Shown here: positions 1 through 9,136 of the stretch, piece by piece
Numbering within the stretch: the stretch's first letter is position 1
Layout: every line of letters begins with the position of its first letter
Source of the DNA: Bdellovibrionales bacterium
GTDB lineage: Bacteria; Bdellovibrionota; Bdellovibrionia; Bdellovibrionales; UBA1609
Direction of reading: 5' to 3'
Assembly (NCBI GenBank): GCA_013216195.1
Contig: JABSOQ010000006.1
Location: 1 to 57,822 of the forward strand
DNA length: 57,822 nucleotides
The notes under the pieces: generated by a model
Databases searched by the model: none
What the model was told of the DNA's origin: nothing
The model's input: only the letters and a program-made list of their open reading frames with translations
Translations under genes and position numbers: made by a program

Positions 1-503
1 CTAAGCAAGGGGCCAAGCCTCATGAAATTTTAAAAGCTATCGGGGGCGAGATGAAGGCCTCCGCCAGTGATTCTGATCAGGCCGATATATTTTACGGCTT
101 TATCGATCGGCGCAGTTACACTTTGAGTTACAGCGTATTAGGTGAGGTCTCTGTGTTTTTACAAGATGGTAAGAGCTCCGAGATCAGGCCCTTGGTTTCG
201 AAAAGTGGCCCTATTCACAAGAACTTTTCAGATGAAATTCAGACTCACAAAGTGAAGTTGAACCCCAGTGATATGGTTGTGGCAGTGACACAAGGTATCA
301 CTGGCGCGGAAAGTTTGCAGGGTGAGTGCTTTGGCAAAGAGAGACTTGTCGAGGCAATCATGGCACGTGGTGATTCTGGCGTACACGAAGTTCGCAATCA
401 CATATTTCACCAAGTGAATCAATTCGTCTCAGGAGCAGAGCCCACTCGCGATCAAACTGTGATTGTTCTCGAGGTGAAAGACAAAGTGATTAGGCTCGCT
501 TAA
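1..503 (+). CDS. SpoIIE/PP2C-family phosphatase domain, 5'-truncated by the window; probably catalytically degenerate
   Basis: The frame is open from position 3 (KQGAKPHEILKAIGGEM...). The C-terminal pattern VVAVTQGITGA..GECFGKERL..RDQTVIVLE matches SpoIIE motifs (LLYTDGLTEA..FGxERL..DDxTLVV) but with Asp->Gln changes. Confidence 0.75.
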   Translation, partial: KQGAKPHEILKAIGGEMKASASDSDQADIFYGFIDRRSYTLSYSVLGEVSVFLQDGKSSEIRPLVSKSGPIHKNFSDEIQTHKVKLNPSDMVVAVTQGITGAESLQGECFGKERLVEAIMARGDSGVHEVRNHIFHQVNQFVSGAEPTRDQTVIVLEVKDKVIRLA

Positions 504-645
504 GCCTTGGTTTCTAACTCTATTCGGCATTTGTTCGATTTTGATTTGGCTGAAAACTCCGCGCTGTACAGACAGCACTAGAGAGTGCTATGACTTCTAA
601 AGTTAAGTCAGAGATGCAGTTCATCAAAAGCGAAAGGATCGGAAA

Positions 646-1779
646 ATGGCAGAAACCTATGCTGGTGCAATCGATAGGGGATTAGAGGGTGTTGTGGCTT
701 GCACGACAGGAGTGTCTTCAATCGTAGACGCAACTCTCTGCTACAGAGGTTTCACAATTGAAGATCTGGCTGCGAACTCGAGCTTTGAAGAGATCGTGTT
801 CTTGCTTTGGAATGATCGCCTGCCAAACTCAGATGAGCTGAAAACCTACGAGACAAAGTTGTCTGAAGGCATGGCATTGAACTTAGAGCTTATTAACGTG
901 CTTAAGAGTTTGCCTACAAAAGATGTGCATCCCATGGCATGGCTAAGAACTGCCACTAGTCTACTCGCTCTCTACGACGACAAGGCTCAAAGCACTGACG
1001 ATGCTGACCGTAAAGAAGTGGCAATGAAGCTGACTGCACAAATGGGTTCACTCGTCGCTCTATTTGAAAGGCTTAGACAGGGCAAAGATTTCGTCGCCCC
1101 AAAGGCAGACAAGTCTATGGCTTGGAACTTTTTGTATATGATTAGTGGTGAAGAGCCTCAAGACGAGTTCGTTAAAGTTTTCGATACCTGTTTGATTCTA
1201 CACGCCGATCACGAGCTCAATTGTTCTGCTTTTTCTGCTCGAGTCACCTCTTCTTCATTGAGTGACATCTACTCTTCAGTAGTGAGTGCCATTGGCGCTC
1301 TAAAGGGCCCTCTTCATGGCGGTGCGAATGAGCAGGTGATGATCATGTTGAAAAGCATAGGCTCAGTGGAGGCTGCTGGTGAATGGATCAAAACTGCACT
1401 GGCAAATAAAGAGAAAATCATGGGCTTTGGCCATCGTGTTTACAAAAACGGAGATCCTAGAGCCAAGATCTTGCGCGGTATGAGTAAAGAGTTGAATGAA
1501 AAAGCGGGTTCGCCTCAGTGGTATGAAATGTCAAAAGTCATAGATGACACCGTCCAATCTGAAAAAGGCCTTTTGCCAAATGTCGATTTTTATTCGGCAA
1601 CTGTTTACAACAGTATGGGAATCCCGACAGACATTTACACTCCGATTTTTGCGATGTCTCGAGTCAGTGGTTGGCTAGCTCATATTTTTGAGCAGTTTGC
1701 GAACAATAGAATCTACAGACCTCGAGGAGAGTGGAGCGGTAAAGAGAACCAGAAGTGGATGCCCGTTTCAGATCGATAA
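646..1779 (+). CDS. gltA: Citrate synthase (short dimeric CitZ/PrpC-like type)
   Basis: Motifs GLEGVVA, LHADHELN, GPLHGGANE, MGFGHRVYKNGDPRA, PNVDFYS, RIYRPR; RBS AAGGA upstream. 2-methylcitrate synthase activity cannot be excluded. Confidence 0.93.
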   Translation: MAETYAGAIDRGLEGVVACTTGVSSIVDATLCYRGFTIEDLAANSSFEEIVFLLWNDRLPNSDELKTYETKLSEGMALNLELINVLKSLPTKDVHPMAWLRTATSLLALYDDKAQSTDDADRKEVAMKLTAQMGSLVALFERLRQGKDFVAPKADKSMAWNFLYMISGEEPQDEFVKVFDTCLILHADHELNCSAFSARVTSSSLSDIYSSVVSAIGALKGPLHGGANEQVMIMLKSIGSVEAAGEWIKTALANKEKIMGFGHRVYKNGDPRAKILRGMSKELNEKAGSPQWYEMSKVIDDTVQSEKGLLPNVDFYSATVYNSMGIPTDIYTPIFAMSRVSGWLAHIFEQFANNRIYRPRGEWSGKENQKWMPVSDR

Positions 1780-1813
1780 TTTGATTTTTAGATTTTTTGT
1801 AGAATTGATTTAC

Positions 1814-1842
1814 AGGACCTCAGCCGGGGTCCTTTTGTTTTA
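1814..1842 (+). terminator. Intrinsic terminator after citrate synthase
   Basis: Stem AGGACCTC / GGGGTCCT (one G-U pair), 4-nt loop, followed by TTTGTTTT. Confidence 0.75.
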
Positions 1843-1911
1843 TTATGTTGTCGAAACCGACTAAGCCGTTGACATCATTTAGAGGAATTTAAAAATTATT
1901 GTTTCTCAAGC

Positions 1912-1938
1912 TAAATCCTTTTGTCTAGGTCCCGATAA
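1912..1938 (+). promoter_or_regulatory. Putative sigma28 (FliA) promoter
   Basis: TAAA-N15-CCCGATAA versus consensus TAAA-N15-GCCGATAA, 87 nt upstream of the PilZ gene. Confidence 0.65.
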
Positions 1939-2025
1939 GTTCTCTAGAAGATAGAGGTCGGCTCGCATTTAGCCTGTGGGCCTCTAGCCAACCAACTTCG
2001 AAGACGCATAACGAGGAGACAAGCA

Positions 2026-2709
2026 GTGCAAAAAGTGCTGGTGCAGGGTACAAACTTAAGTGAAGTCAGAGACATCAAGAACTATCTTGAAGCGAAGTTG
2101 CCCTATGAAATCGGGCTCTCAATGTCTCCTAGCGAGACCTTGCACATCATTCAGTCTCGACCCCTTAACCTAGTCATCAATTGCACTGATACCTATGATT
2201 TAGACTCGAGTCAGTTTTTGAAAGAGATTCGAAGTGAGGGTTATCAACAGGGTTTGTTAGTTGTTTCGTCTCAAATTGATCCAATAATCATGCCGGCCTC
2301 GATGAAAGTGGACCGGGTTCATTTTGCTGAAAAACCAATTGAGTTAAAAGACCTGAAGGGTCTTGTCGTGAAGTTGATCAAGGCCAAGCAATTGCCACAG
2401 CAACAGTTCAAACGATTTCGCACGAATCAGCGTTTAGCCGTCGAAAGCTATTCTTCTGGAGAGGTCGTTGAGTCTAGCATGTTCAATCTCTCAGTGGGCG
2501 GAGCCTACTTTGAGAGCCCAAGTAAATACAATGCGAGTATTGGTGATCTGATTAAGATGTCGGTGAATCTCAAAGATGTGGATACAGAACATCTTATGAA
2601 TGCGAGAGTGGTTTGGACAACTCGAAAAGGTCACTACTCGGGTGGTTATGGCGTCGGTGTAAAATTCGTTAAGAACGAAGAAGTCTACAGACAGTTGCTT
2701 GGTGACTAA
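2026..2709 (+). CDS. Degenerate receiver domain + PilZ domain protein
   Basis: N-terminal REC-like fold (LNLVINC..., FAEKPI). C-terminal PilZ motifs FKRF and NLSVGG...ARVVW...GVGVKF. GTG start with GAGGAG RBS. Confidence 0.8.
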   Translation: MQKVLVQGTNLSEVRDIKNYLEAKLPYEIGLSMSPSETLHIIQSRPLNLVINCTDTYDLDSSQFLKEIRSEGYQQGLLVVSSQIDPIIMPASMKVDRVHFAEKPIELKDLKGLVVKLIKAKQLPQQQFKRFRTNQRLAVESYSSGEVVESSMFNLSVGGAYFESPSKYNASIGDLIKMSVNLKDVDTEHLMNARVVWTTRKGHYSGGYGVGVKFVKNEEVYRQLLGD

Positions 2710-2757
2710 AACACCAAAATCAATGACCAAATCTTTTGGAGCTCAACCTCAGCCAGA

Positions 2758-3408
2758 CTACGCCATCTCATAGAATTCGCGTATGGCACCACGAATACCT
2801 TTGTAAACGAGATGAGGTTTTGCATCGCCGTACATGTACGCAGGTGAGGTGATCAGTTTGTTCATGCGATCGGTGATATAATCATCTACAGCGCAGTTTT
2901 CATGTTGGGCGCCGGTCTTTTCAATTTCTGCAGCTGTTGCTGGGTCGTTGCCAATAGTTAAGCTGGGATTATGATCACCAAGAACTCTACTGATCATAGC
3001 TGGGGCGATACACAGGGCCGCTATTGGTTTAGAGGCTTTGTGAAAGCTCTCGACCAGTGCTTGTACATTTTCATCTACGCTGCAGTCTGCACCTTTCTCT
3101 GCCCAGTTAGACAAGTGAAGAGCTGCACCGAAGCCGCCAGGAAACACGACACCATCAAAATCTTGCTCTTTCAGTTCAGATAGAGGTTGGATGTGACCAC
3201 GAGAGATGCGGGCAGCTTCTTCGATGACATTGCGTTCATCACCGGGCTGGCCACTTCGGTGATTTGTGCTCTTGAAGTTGAGGTCGGGTGCAAAGCACTG
3301 AGTGTCAGCTCCAGCTTCTGAAAGTGCAATCAAAGCCGAAACAGATTCGGTTATTTCAGCGCCATCTTGAAAACCACAACCAGACAAAACAACAGCGATC
3401 TTCTTCAT
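2758..3408 (-). CDS. elbB: ElbB/ES1 glyoxalase (DJ-1/PfpI superfamily)
   Basis: MKKIAVVLSGCGFQDGAEITE, EAARISRG, PGGFGAA, CIAP and SPAYM motifs. Confidence 0.93.
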   Translation of the reverse strand: MKKIAVVLSGCGFQDGAEITESVSALIALSEAGADTQCFAPDLNFKSTNHRSGQPGDERNVIEEAARISRGHIQPLSELKEQDFDGVVFPGGFGAALHLSNWAEKGADCSVDENVQALVESFHKASKPIAALCIAPAMISRVLGDHNPSLTIGNDPATAAEIEKTGAQHENCAVDDYITDRMNKLITSPAYMYGDAKPHLVYKGIRGAIREFYEMA

Positions 3409-3480
3409 CGTCTCAACTCCAATTCGTAGGGCACGATTCGCCAGTTCACGAAAGGCCGATCGAACCAGGTTTTGGAGGCC

Positions 3481-3498
3481 CTGTCAATTTCGAGACAG
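3481..3498. promoter_or_regulatory. Putative enhancer-binding-protein site (CTGTC-N8-GACAG; TGT-N10-ACA)
   Basis: CTGTCAATTTCGAGACAG, ~130 bp upstream of the sigma54 motif at 3625; same architecture at 24141-24158. Confidence 0.45.
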
Positions 3499-3624
3499 CC
3501 TAAAGAGAGTAGACAGTTTAGTCTATGTATTTGTAATTATAAAATTTTTCTTCTTTTGTATGGTGGTTTTGAAAAACAGTTGATCAGTCTCCTGCCCTGT
3601 ATTCGCATAGAGCGCACTTCAGCC

Positions 3625-3640
3625 TGGAACACGGGTTGCA
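3625..3640 (+). promoter_or_regulatory. Putative sigma54 -24/-12 promoter
   Basis: TGGAACACGGGTTGCA: GG-N10-GC, one mismatch to TGGCAC-N5-TTGCA. Confidence 0.6.
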
Positions 3641-3650
3641 ATTCTCGCTA

Positions 3651-3886
3651 GTGGGTTATGAAAGAAGAGGGTCTGTATACAGCTGTTTGGGGGCTGGTCT
3701 CTTTTTCTCATAATAAACTGGAAACATGGTTGGCACTTACCTTCTCGAGTGGTCTGAAAATCGATCGCTATTGTTACTGAAACTGAAAAATTTGAAACTT
3801 AAGACGGCGACGACTGCGTCTTTATACTAGAAAGGGCTCTACTACACTCTCCGGTTGCCACCTAGTGCCTGCTAGGTGGCATTTTT
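3651..3886 (+). ncRNA. Candidate sigma54-dependent sRNA or small-ORF transcript
   Basis: Bounded by a sigma54 motif and a + strand terminator; the only ORF noted is 40 aa (3658-3780) with no RBS. Confidence 0.3.
3856..3886 (+). terminator. Intrinsic terminator-like hairpin
   Basis: Perfect 10-bp stem TGCCACCTAG / CTAGGTGGCA, 6-nt loop, TTTTT tail on the + strand only. Confidence 0.6.
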
Positions 3887-4742
3887 AGTTTCCATAGATG
3901 AAATCTTGCATGTTCATGCAATTGCGTACGAAGTACTTTCTCTTCTCGACCTTTATTTGTGTGGCGACACACTCTCTCACGATTAGGCCAGAGTAGGGTG
4001 GGTCTATCGAAATGTCGTATTCATAACTCACTTTTTGAAAGTCTGTTTCAGAAGTCCACTCAGCCTTGTCATAGTTCACTCGAGTTACCCGGAGTTCACA
4101 ATTTGGCACTCCGCCACAATCGCTACGCGAGCTAACTGTGGCTGGCGGGGCCATACGCATTTGTTTAACTGTTAAGTCATGATAGGTCTCTCGTATAATG
4201 GGCTTCGATGCTGTTTTGAAGCCAGCTTGGTCATCGACCATAGACATCAGTCTTGAGTTGTGATCTTGAAACACTTCAAAATCACTTTCGGGTTCAAGGT
4301 CATAGACTTTAGGATCGTACTGACGTGTAAACGATATATCAGTCTCTTCACCCGTCTCAGGGTCAAATTCAGTGCCCACGTAATAGACCTTCAAGAAGAG
4401 GTAAGAGTCATCTTCTTCATCTCGAATATCTTCAAGTGCTAGCACTTGCTGAGAGACCTGCTGAAAGAGTGTAGGGGGGGAGCCTTCGACCTCTTGCGTG
4501 TAGTTGTACAGAACAGCTTCCCCTTTTTTGATCTCCCAAGGGTTGGCGTTGCCTTGCGCGATCACCAAAGCCTCAATGATCGATTGAGCTTGAACTTCGC
4601 TACCTAAACTAGCCTTTTCCTCTTGAATCTCTTTACAGCCAAAGAAAAAGAGCAGTACAGCCACAACAGCAAAGCTTAAGAATGTGTGGATCCACATCAG
4701 GGCATTCAGATCATTCTTCATTTCATCATTAGATTTCAGCAT
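3885..4742 (-). CDS. Hypothetical lipoprotein
   Basis: Hydrophobic stretch ending FFFG-C; beta-rich body with four C-terminal Cys; start overlaps the upstream GNAT stop (TAATG). Confidence 0.7.
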   Translation of the reverse strand: MLKSNDEMKNDLNALMWIHTFLSFAVVAVLLFFFGCKEIQEEKASLGSEVQAQSIIEALVIAQGNANPWEIKKGEAVLYNYTQEVEGSPPTLFQQVSQQVLALEDIRDEEDDSYLFLKVYYVGTEFDPETGEETDISFTRQYDPKVYDLEPESDFEVFQDHNSRLMSMVDDQAGFKTASKPIIRETYHDLTVKQMRMAPPATVSSRSDCGGVPNCELRVTRVNYDKAEWTSETDFQKVSYEYDISIDPPYSGLIVRECVATQIKVEKRKYFVRNCMNMQDFIYGN

Positions 4743-5848
4743 TATACGGAGTCCCAGCCCCAGAACCAGAAGGGCACAGGAAACAACTGATCCAACACCT
4801 TTCGAGTTTCGGGATCAAAGCCCTTTAGAGCGTCTTCTGACTGTGGGCCAAAAATGATTCTCGTAATGTCTGTCTCGTGCTCTGTTTGGTAGATCTTGTC
4901 TTTGTAGCCAATCAAGAACTGTTTTTCTTCTTTATGAAGTACAAAGCCCTCGACTCCTAGGTTACGAGCGTAGCGACAGGCTTTTGCAAAAAAATTGTCG
5001 TAGTTCAAAATCTTAATCATGCCTAAGAAACCGTAGTTCACAGTGACATCAAATTGTTTCATTGTGCGAATGAGGTTTTGTGCATTTGAAGGTGCAATGA
5101 TTGTGATTGGCGCCTGTTTCTCTTTTCTAATGTGTGAGAACAGGGTGGTAAGATGGGTTACCATTCCCCCCCACTCATGAATGTAGTTCGTTAAGTCGGC
5201 ACCTTTTCCCTCGACAGCATAGGCAAGCAGCTGATTGTTTTTGTCCCATGCGGTGTAGACATTTGAGTTGGGAATCTGCAAATAGGCGTTGATATCCCGC
5301 ACGGTTCTGATTGTGCCAGTGGTGTGATAGTTGTAGACCTTCAGTAGAGCTTCGGCAGAGACCTTGTTTGATTTCATTATGCGTATCGATGAGTCTTGAG
5401 AATTCATCTCACTATTGATGACCATTGAAACTTCGGTTCCAGCCAATTCAAAGCCGAGCTTCCTGTAGAAATCGTAAAGGTCAGACCAGAGAATCGCAAA
5501 GTCACAAACCTGTTGTTCGCTGGCCTCGATACAATCGTTCAGAACCTTTTGACTGAAACCCTGATTGCGATGCTCTGGTGATGTGACAACGCTACCGATT
5601 GCGGCAGCTTTGAATAAACCCATGACACACTTGATTATGTGCATTTTCATGACCGCACCCGAAACGATCTGGTCACCTTGCTTTATAATGCGAAAGTTAT
5701 TGAGGTTGGCCTCATTCATGGCCAGCGGGTACTCTTGCTGAATACTCCAGTCGAAGCCGTCTCTCAGGTTTCTATCAAAGAACTCTAGTGTTGAGCTCAT
5801 TTCATCCTTGGTGGGCATTGTGGTCTCATTCATAAGAACCTCCCTCAC
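4742..5848 (-). CDS. GNAT-family N-acetyltransferase (Eis-like multi-domain)
   Basis: Acetyl-CoA motif IGSVVTSPEHRNQGFS and FYRKLGFE; 368 aa. Confidence 0.85.
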   Translation of the reverse strand: MREVLMNETTMPTKDEMSSTLEFFDRNLRDGFDWSIQQEYPLAMNEANLNNFRIIKQGDQIVSGAVMKMHIIKCVMGLFKAAAIGSVVTSPEHRNQGFSQKVLNDCIEASEQQVCDFAILWSDLYDFYRKLGFELAGTEVSMVINSEMNSQDSSIRIMKSNKVSAEALLKVYNYHTTGTIRTVRDINAYLQIPNSNVYTAWDKNNQLLAYAVEGKGADLTNYIHEWGGMVTHLTTLFSHIRKEKQAPITIIAPSNAQNLIRTMKQFDVTVNYGFLGMIKILNYDNFFAKACRYARNLGVEGFVLHKEEKQFLIGYKDKIYQTEHETDITRIIFGPQSEDALKGFDPETRKVLDQLFPVPFWFWGWDSV

Positions 5849-6131
5849 TCTATATTTTAGAGTTGAGACCGAGACATTCCCAGTCGAGTTCTTGAAAACA
5901 AGACGGCTGAAAGGCCTGAAAACAGGATCAAGTCAGACCATTGGCTAGGGGTAGCCCTCGACTCAGTGGGCGAATAGAGCAGATTTTGCAAGTTTTAGCC
6001 GTTAGGCCTCTGGCGTATTGAGCTCACCACACTGGCTTGAGAGCTTGAAAAAGATTTAGCAAAGGGTTGGGCAGTTCGACTGTTCTTTGCTGCTGAATAG
6101 GTGTAGACTCTGCGCAGAGGAAAAATACACG

Positions 6132-6614
6132 ATGATTGTGACTTTTTTTGAGAGCTTCAAATACGTAGGCCACATGTTCCCATTGGTGGTTTTGAGGTTG
6201 TACACCGCACTGTTTTTTTTAGGCTCTGCCTACACGAAGTACGATGGCGACTTTTTGTTTCGGCCAAGGCTTGCAGCGACGATAAACGAATATCTTCCTT
6301 TGTCTGATTCTCCTAGCTGGTACCAAAGCGTTGTGGAGACCCTTGTCGTGCCAAATTGGCAGATTTTCGCTTACCTGTTCACTTACTGCGAGTTTCTCGT
6401 CGGTTTGAGCTTGTTAATTGGTTTTCTGGTGCGCCCTCTTTGCCTTTTGGGCTTGCTCTTGAGCTGGAACTACGTCTACATGATGGCTCCAGCTGAGAGC
6501 CAGACTTACCAAGTTTTCTGGTATGTTTTTCTTGTTCTCGCCTGGATCGGGGCCGGCCGTTGCTTGGGTTTCGATTACTATTTCTTTAAACGACAACGCG
6601 GCATCTGGTGGTAG
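6132..6614 (+). CDS. DoxX-family membrane protein
   Basis: LRLYTALFFLGSAYTK, EFLVGLSLLIGFLVR and GAGRCLGFD motifs; ATG at 6132 with GAGG upstream. Confidence 0.82.
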   Translation: MIVTFFESFKYVGHMFPLVVLRLYTALFFLGSAYTKYDGDFLFRPRLAATINEYLPLSDSPSWYQSVVETLVVPNWQIFAYLFTYCEFLVGLSLLIGFLVRPLCLLGLLLSWNYVYMMAPAESQTYQVFWYVFLVLAWIGAGRCLGFDYYFFKRQRGIWW

Positions 6615-6617
6615 ATT

Positions 6618-7652
6618 TTGAATAGCAAATTGGTGATTGTTTTCTCAGCCCTGACCATAGGGGTTGGGGCAGTTGTTTTCGGGTATTACACGACTCAGTC
6701 GATGAAGATCGATCGGTCTCAATTCAAACAAGCCAAGATTCGATTGGTGTCCTATCCTGCTTTTATAAGCACTTACGGCCCGGGGCCTGAGTTGGCAAAA
6801 AGGTTTAAAGAGCGAACTGGTGTTGAAGTTGAGCTGATCAATGCTGGCGATCCCTCATTGATTGTTCAAAGATTGAAGGGTGATCCCAACTTGCGGGCTG
6901 ATGTTTTGGTAGGGGTAGATCAACTTCTGGCTAAGCGAGCACTGCAACTCAAGTGGAAGTCGTTGCCAAAGAGCCTATTCTCGCGGGTCAAAGACGATCT
7001 GCTCGTGTTCGAAAACGATTATTTTCTGCCTATCGATTGGTCCCCTTTGACCATGATCTATCGCTCTGAGAAATCTGCCGGTTTGTCTTCAGATTTTGAT
7101 TCAGTAACTGATTTTTTATCTTCTCTCAAGGGGCAGTCATGGGCGATTCAAGATCCGAGATCTAGTGTACTCGGCCAACAGTGGCTGTTCTGGTTTGATC
7201 AACAGAAAGTATTATAATAATTTTTCGGTCAGACCGGACCAAAATTGGCTAACTCTTGGAGTCAGGCCTACGGGCTTTTCAAAAGAGAGTCCGTTGATTG
7301 GGTCTTTAGCTACATGACGAGCGTCGTGTTTCACTGGGACAAAGAGAATGATCGTAGCTACAAGTTTCTAAAGTTCGACCAGGGGCACCCGTTTCAGGTC
7401 GATGCTGCAGGAGTACTCGGAAGGTGTGACGACTGTGAATCTGCAGTGAAGTTTTTAGAGTTTATGCTAGAGCCTGGCAACCAAGCCCTGATTATGCAGA
7501 AGAATTTTATGCTTCCAGCAATCAAGAGTATGGAGCCTTCGGGCCTGTTTGCTGAGTTGCCAAGTGTAAAACTAATCTCTTACGACAAAATAGAAGACTT
7601 TCAAAAGAGACAAGAACAGACACAGAGTCGCTTTTTAGATGTTTTGGAATGA
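6618..7652 (+). pseudogene. thiB: Thiamine ABC transporter substrate-binding protein interrupted by in-frame TAA TAA (7215-7220); real pseudogene or consensus error
   Basis: ORFs 6618-7217 and 7245-7652 are in the same frame and carry ThiB motifs (GPGPEL..F, ADVLVGVD, QDPRSSVLG, SWSQAYGLF, SYMTS, NFMLP); directly upstream of thiP and thiQ. Confidence 0.8.
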
Positions 7653-9136
7653 CTAGACCGTTATCAAACCTGCTTTTACCCTTTTTGATTCTATCGCCCT
7701 TTTTGATTATTTTGGGCCAGGGTGAGTACGATCTAGGTGCCTCGCTGCAACATTCTGCCGAGTGGGGTGAAGTGCTATTGAATACCTTCCTGCAGTCGTC
7801 TTTGAGTGCTGCACTTGCGATTCTTCTTGGTTTTACTTTTTGTTTTGGTCTCTTGTCGCTGCCAAAGAGTTCAAAAAAGACCTCTGTGATTCGAGTTCTG
7901 TATCTCTTGCCAGCCATTTTACCACCCATATCAGTGGTTGTGAGCTTTATCAGACTCACTGACCTCAGTTCTTTAGAGATAACCGATTTGCCTGCGATTG
8001 TGTTGGTTCATGGGTTTATGAATGCAGGCCTTGTTTCTTTGTCTATTGAATCTGTTGTGCGCGATCGATTAACCGGTTTTCTGCAAGCTGCTGAGGTATT
8101 GGGGGCCTCTCGAGTTCAGACTGTTTTCAGAGTCTTACTGCCTTTGCTGAAGCCAACTCTTTTTAGTCTTTTTGTGTTGGTGTTCGGCTTTTGTTTGTTG
8201 AGTTTTGTTGTGCCTTTAATGCTAGCCCCGTCTTCGCTGTGGAGCTTGGAGGTGTTGATCTTTAAGGCTTTGAAAAACACGGGGCGATTAGACCTGGCTT
8301 TGGGTGCTTCGGTTCTGCAGATGTTAGTGGTTTTGAGTCTTATTGTCGTTCTTTACCCCAAACGGTACCTTGCACCTTCTCGGTTGGGTGCTCAAGCTTG
8401 GTCAATTAACAGTGGCTGGGTTTGTTCGGTTCCGATTCTTATTACTCTGGGTATTTTGCTTTTGCCTCTTTACGAGGTGACCCATATCTCAGCGCTGCTT
8501 GCAGAGTCTGAGGGCTTGTTTTTCATGGAATGGTTTCGCGCATTCAGAAAATCTTTGCTCGTTATGTTATCGAGTCTACTGTTTTCAAGTGTGTTGGTGG
8601 GCTGGGTCCTGTACATCGCACCTCAAGAAAGATTACACCATTTTTTGAACTCATCAGTGGCATTTAGCCCTGTTTTGGTTGGCTTTTCGTTTTGGTTATT
8701 GGGCTTTAATTTTTCACCTATAAGCGAGTTAAAAATAGGTCTTGCGATTGCACTTTTCTTTTTGCCTGTTGTGTACCGCTGGCAGATTGGTGAGCATCTA
8801 CAAAGCTTAAAGAGGCAGATGAATGTAGCACGCTCTTTGGGAGCAACAGATTGGCAGGTCTTTAATAAAATTGTAATGCCACAGTCTCAAGAGATTCTTT
8901 TGTCTAGTCTTGGTCTGATCGCTTTGTGGGCTGCCGGCGATTTTGTGATGACCTCTTTGTTGTCTTTCTCAACTGCAACATTGCCAATGCTCGTTGAGAC
9001 TTTGAGCACGAGCTATCGGCTGGGGCTTGCTCAATTGACCTCGATGTCTATTTTGATGTTGGGTGGTCTTGGTTTCGCACTGGTGTGGACGATATTGAAA
9101 CTGTACTTTGGCGGTAACAGGAGACGATATGTCTAG
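7649..9136 (+). CDS. thiP: Thiamine/iron-type ABC transporter permease (duplicated)
   Basis: About 12 hydrophobic segments with two EAA-like loops (QAAEVLGAS..., VARSLGAT...); overlaps the thiB stop (ATGA). Confidence 0.8.
   Translation: MTRPLSNLLLPFLILSPFLIILGQGEYDLGASLQHSAEWGEVLLNTFLQSSLSAALAILLGFTFCFGLLSLPKSSKKTSVIRVLYLLPAILPPISVVVSFIRLTDLSSLEITDLPAIVLVHGFMNAGLVSLSIESVVRDRLTGFLQAAEVLGASRVQTVFRVLLPLLKPTLFSLFVLVFGFCLLSFVVPLMLAPSSLWSLEVLIFKALKNTGRLDLALGASVLQMLVVLSLIVVLYPKRYLAPSRLGAQAWSINSGWVCSVPILITLGILLLPLYEVTHISALLAESEGLFFMEWFRAFRKSLLVMLSSLLFSSVLVGWVLYIAPQERLHHFLNSSVAFSPVLVGFSFWLLGFNFSPISELKIGLAIALFFLPVVYRWQIGEHLQSLKRQMNVARSLGATDWQVFNKIVMPQSQEILLSSLGLIALWAAGDFVMTSLLSFSTATLPMLVETLSTSYRLGLAQLTSMSILMLGGLGFALVWTILKLYFGGNRRRYV

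Noticed and set aside
574-589. CIRCE-like palindrome AGCACT-AGAG-AGTGCT upstream of gltA
   Set aside because: CIRCE is TTAGCACTC-N9-GAGTGCTAA; the spacer here is 7 nt too short and the flanks do not match.
1945-2025. c-di-GMP-I riboswitch in the PilZ gene leader (contains GACGCA)
   Set aside because: It lacks the GCAAA...GNRA...GACGCAAA order and the following tetraloop-receptor stem; only a generic hairpin is supportable.
5850-6131. TPP riboswitch upstream of doxX-thiBPQ
   Set aside because: The CTGAGA and ACCTGA...TAAT...GCGNAGG core elements were not found on the + strand.
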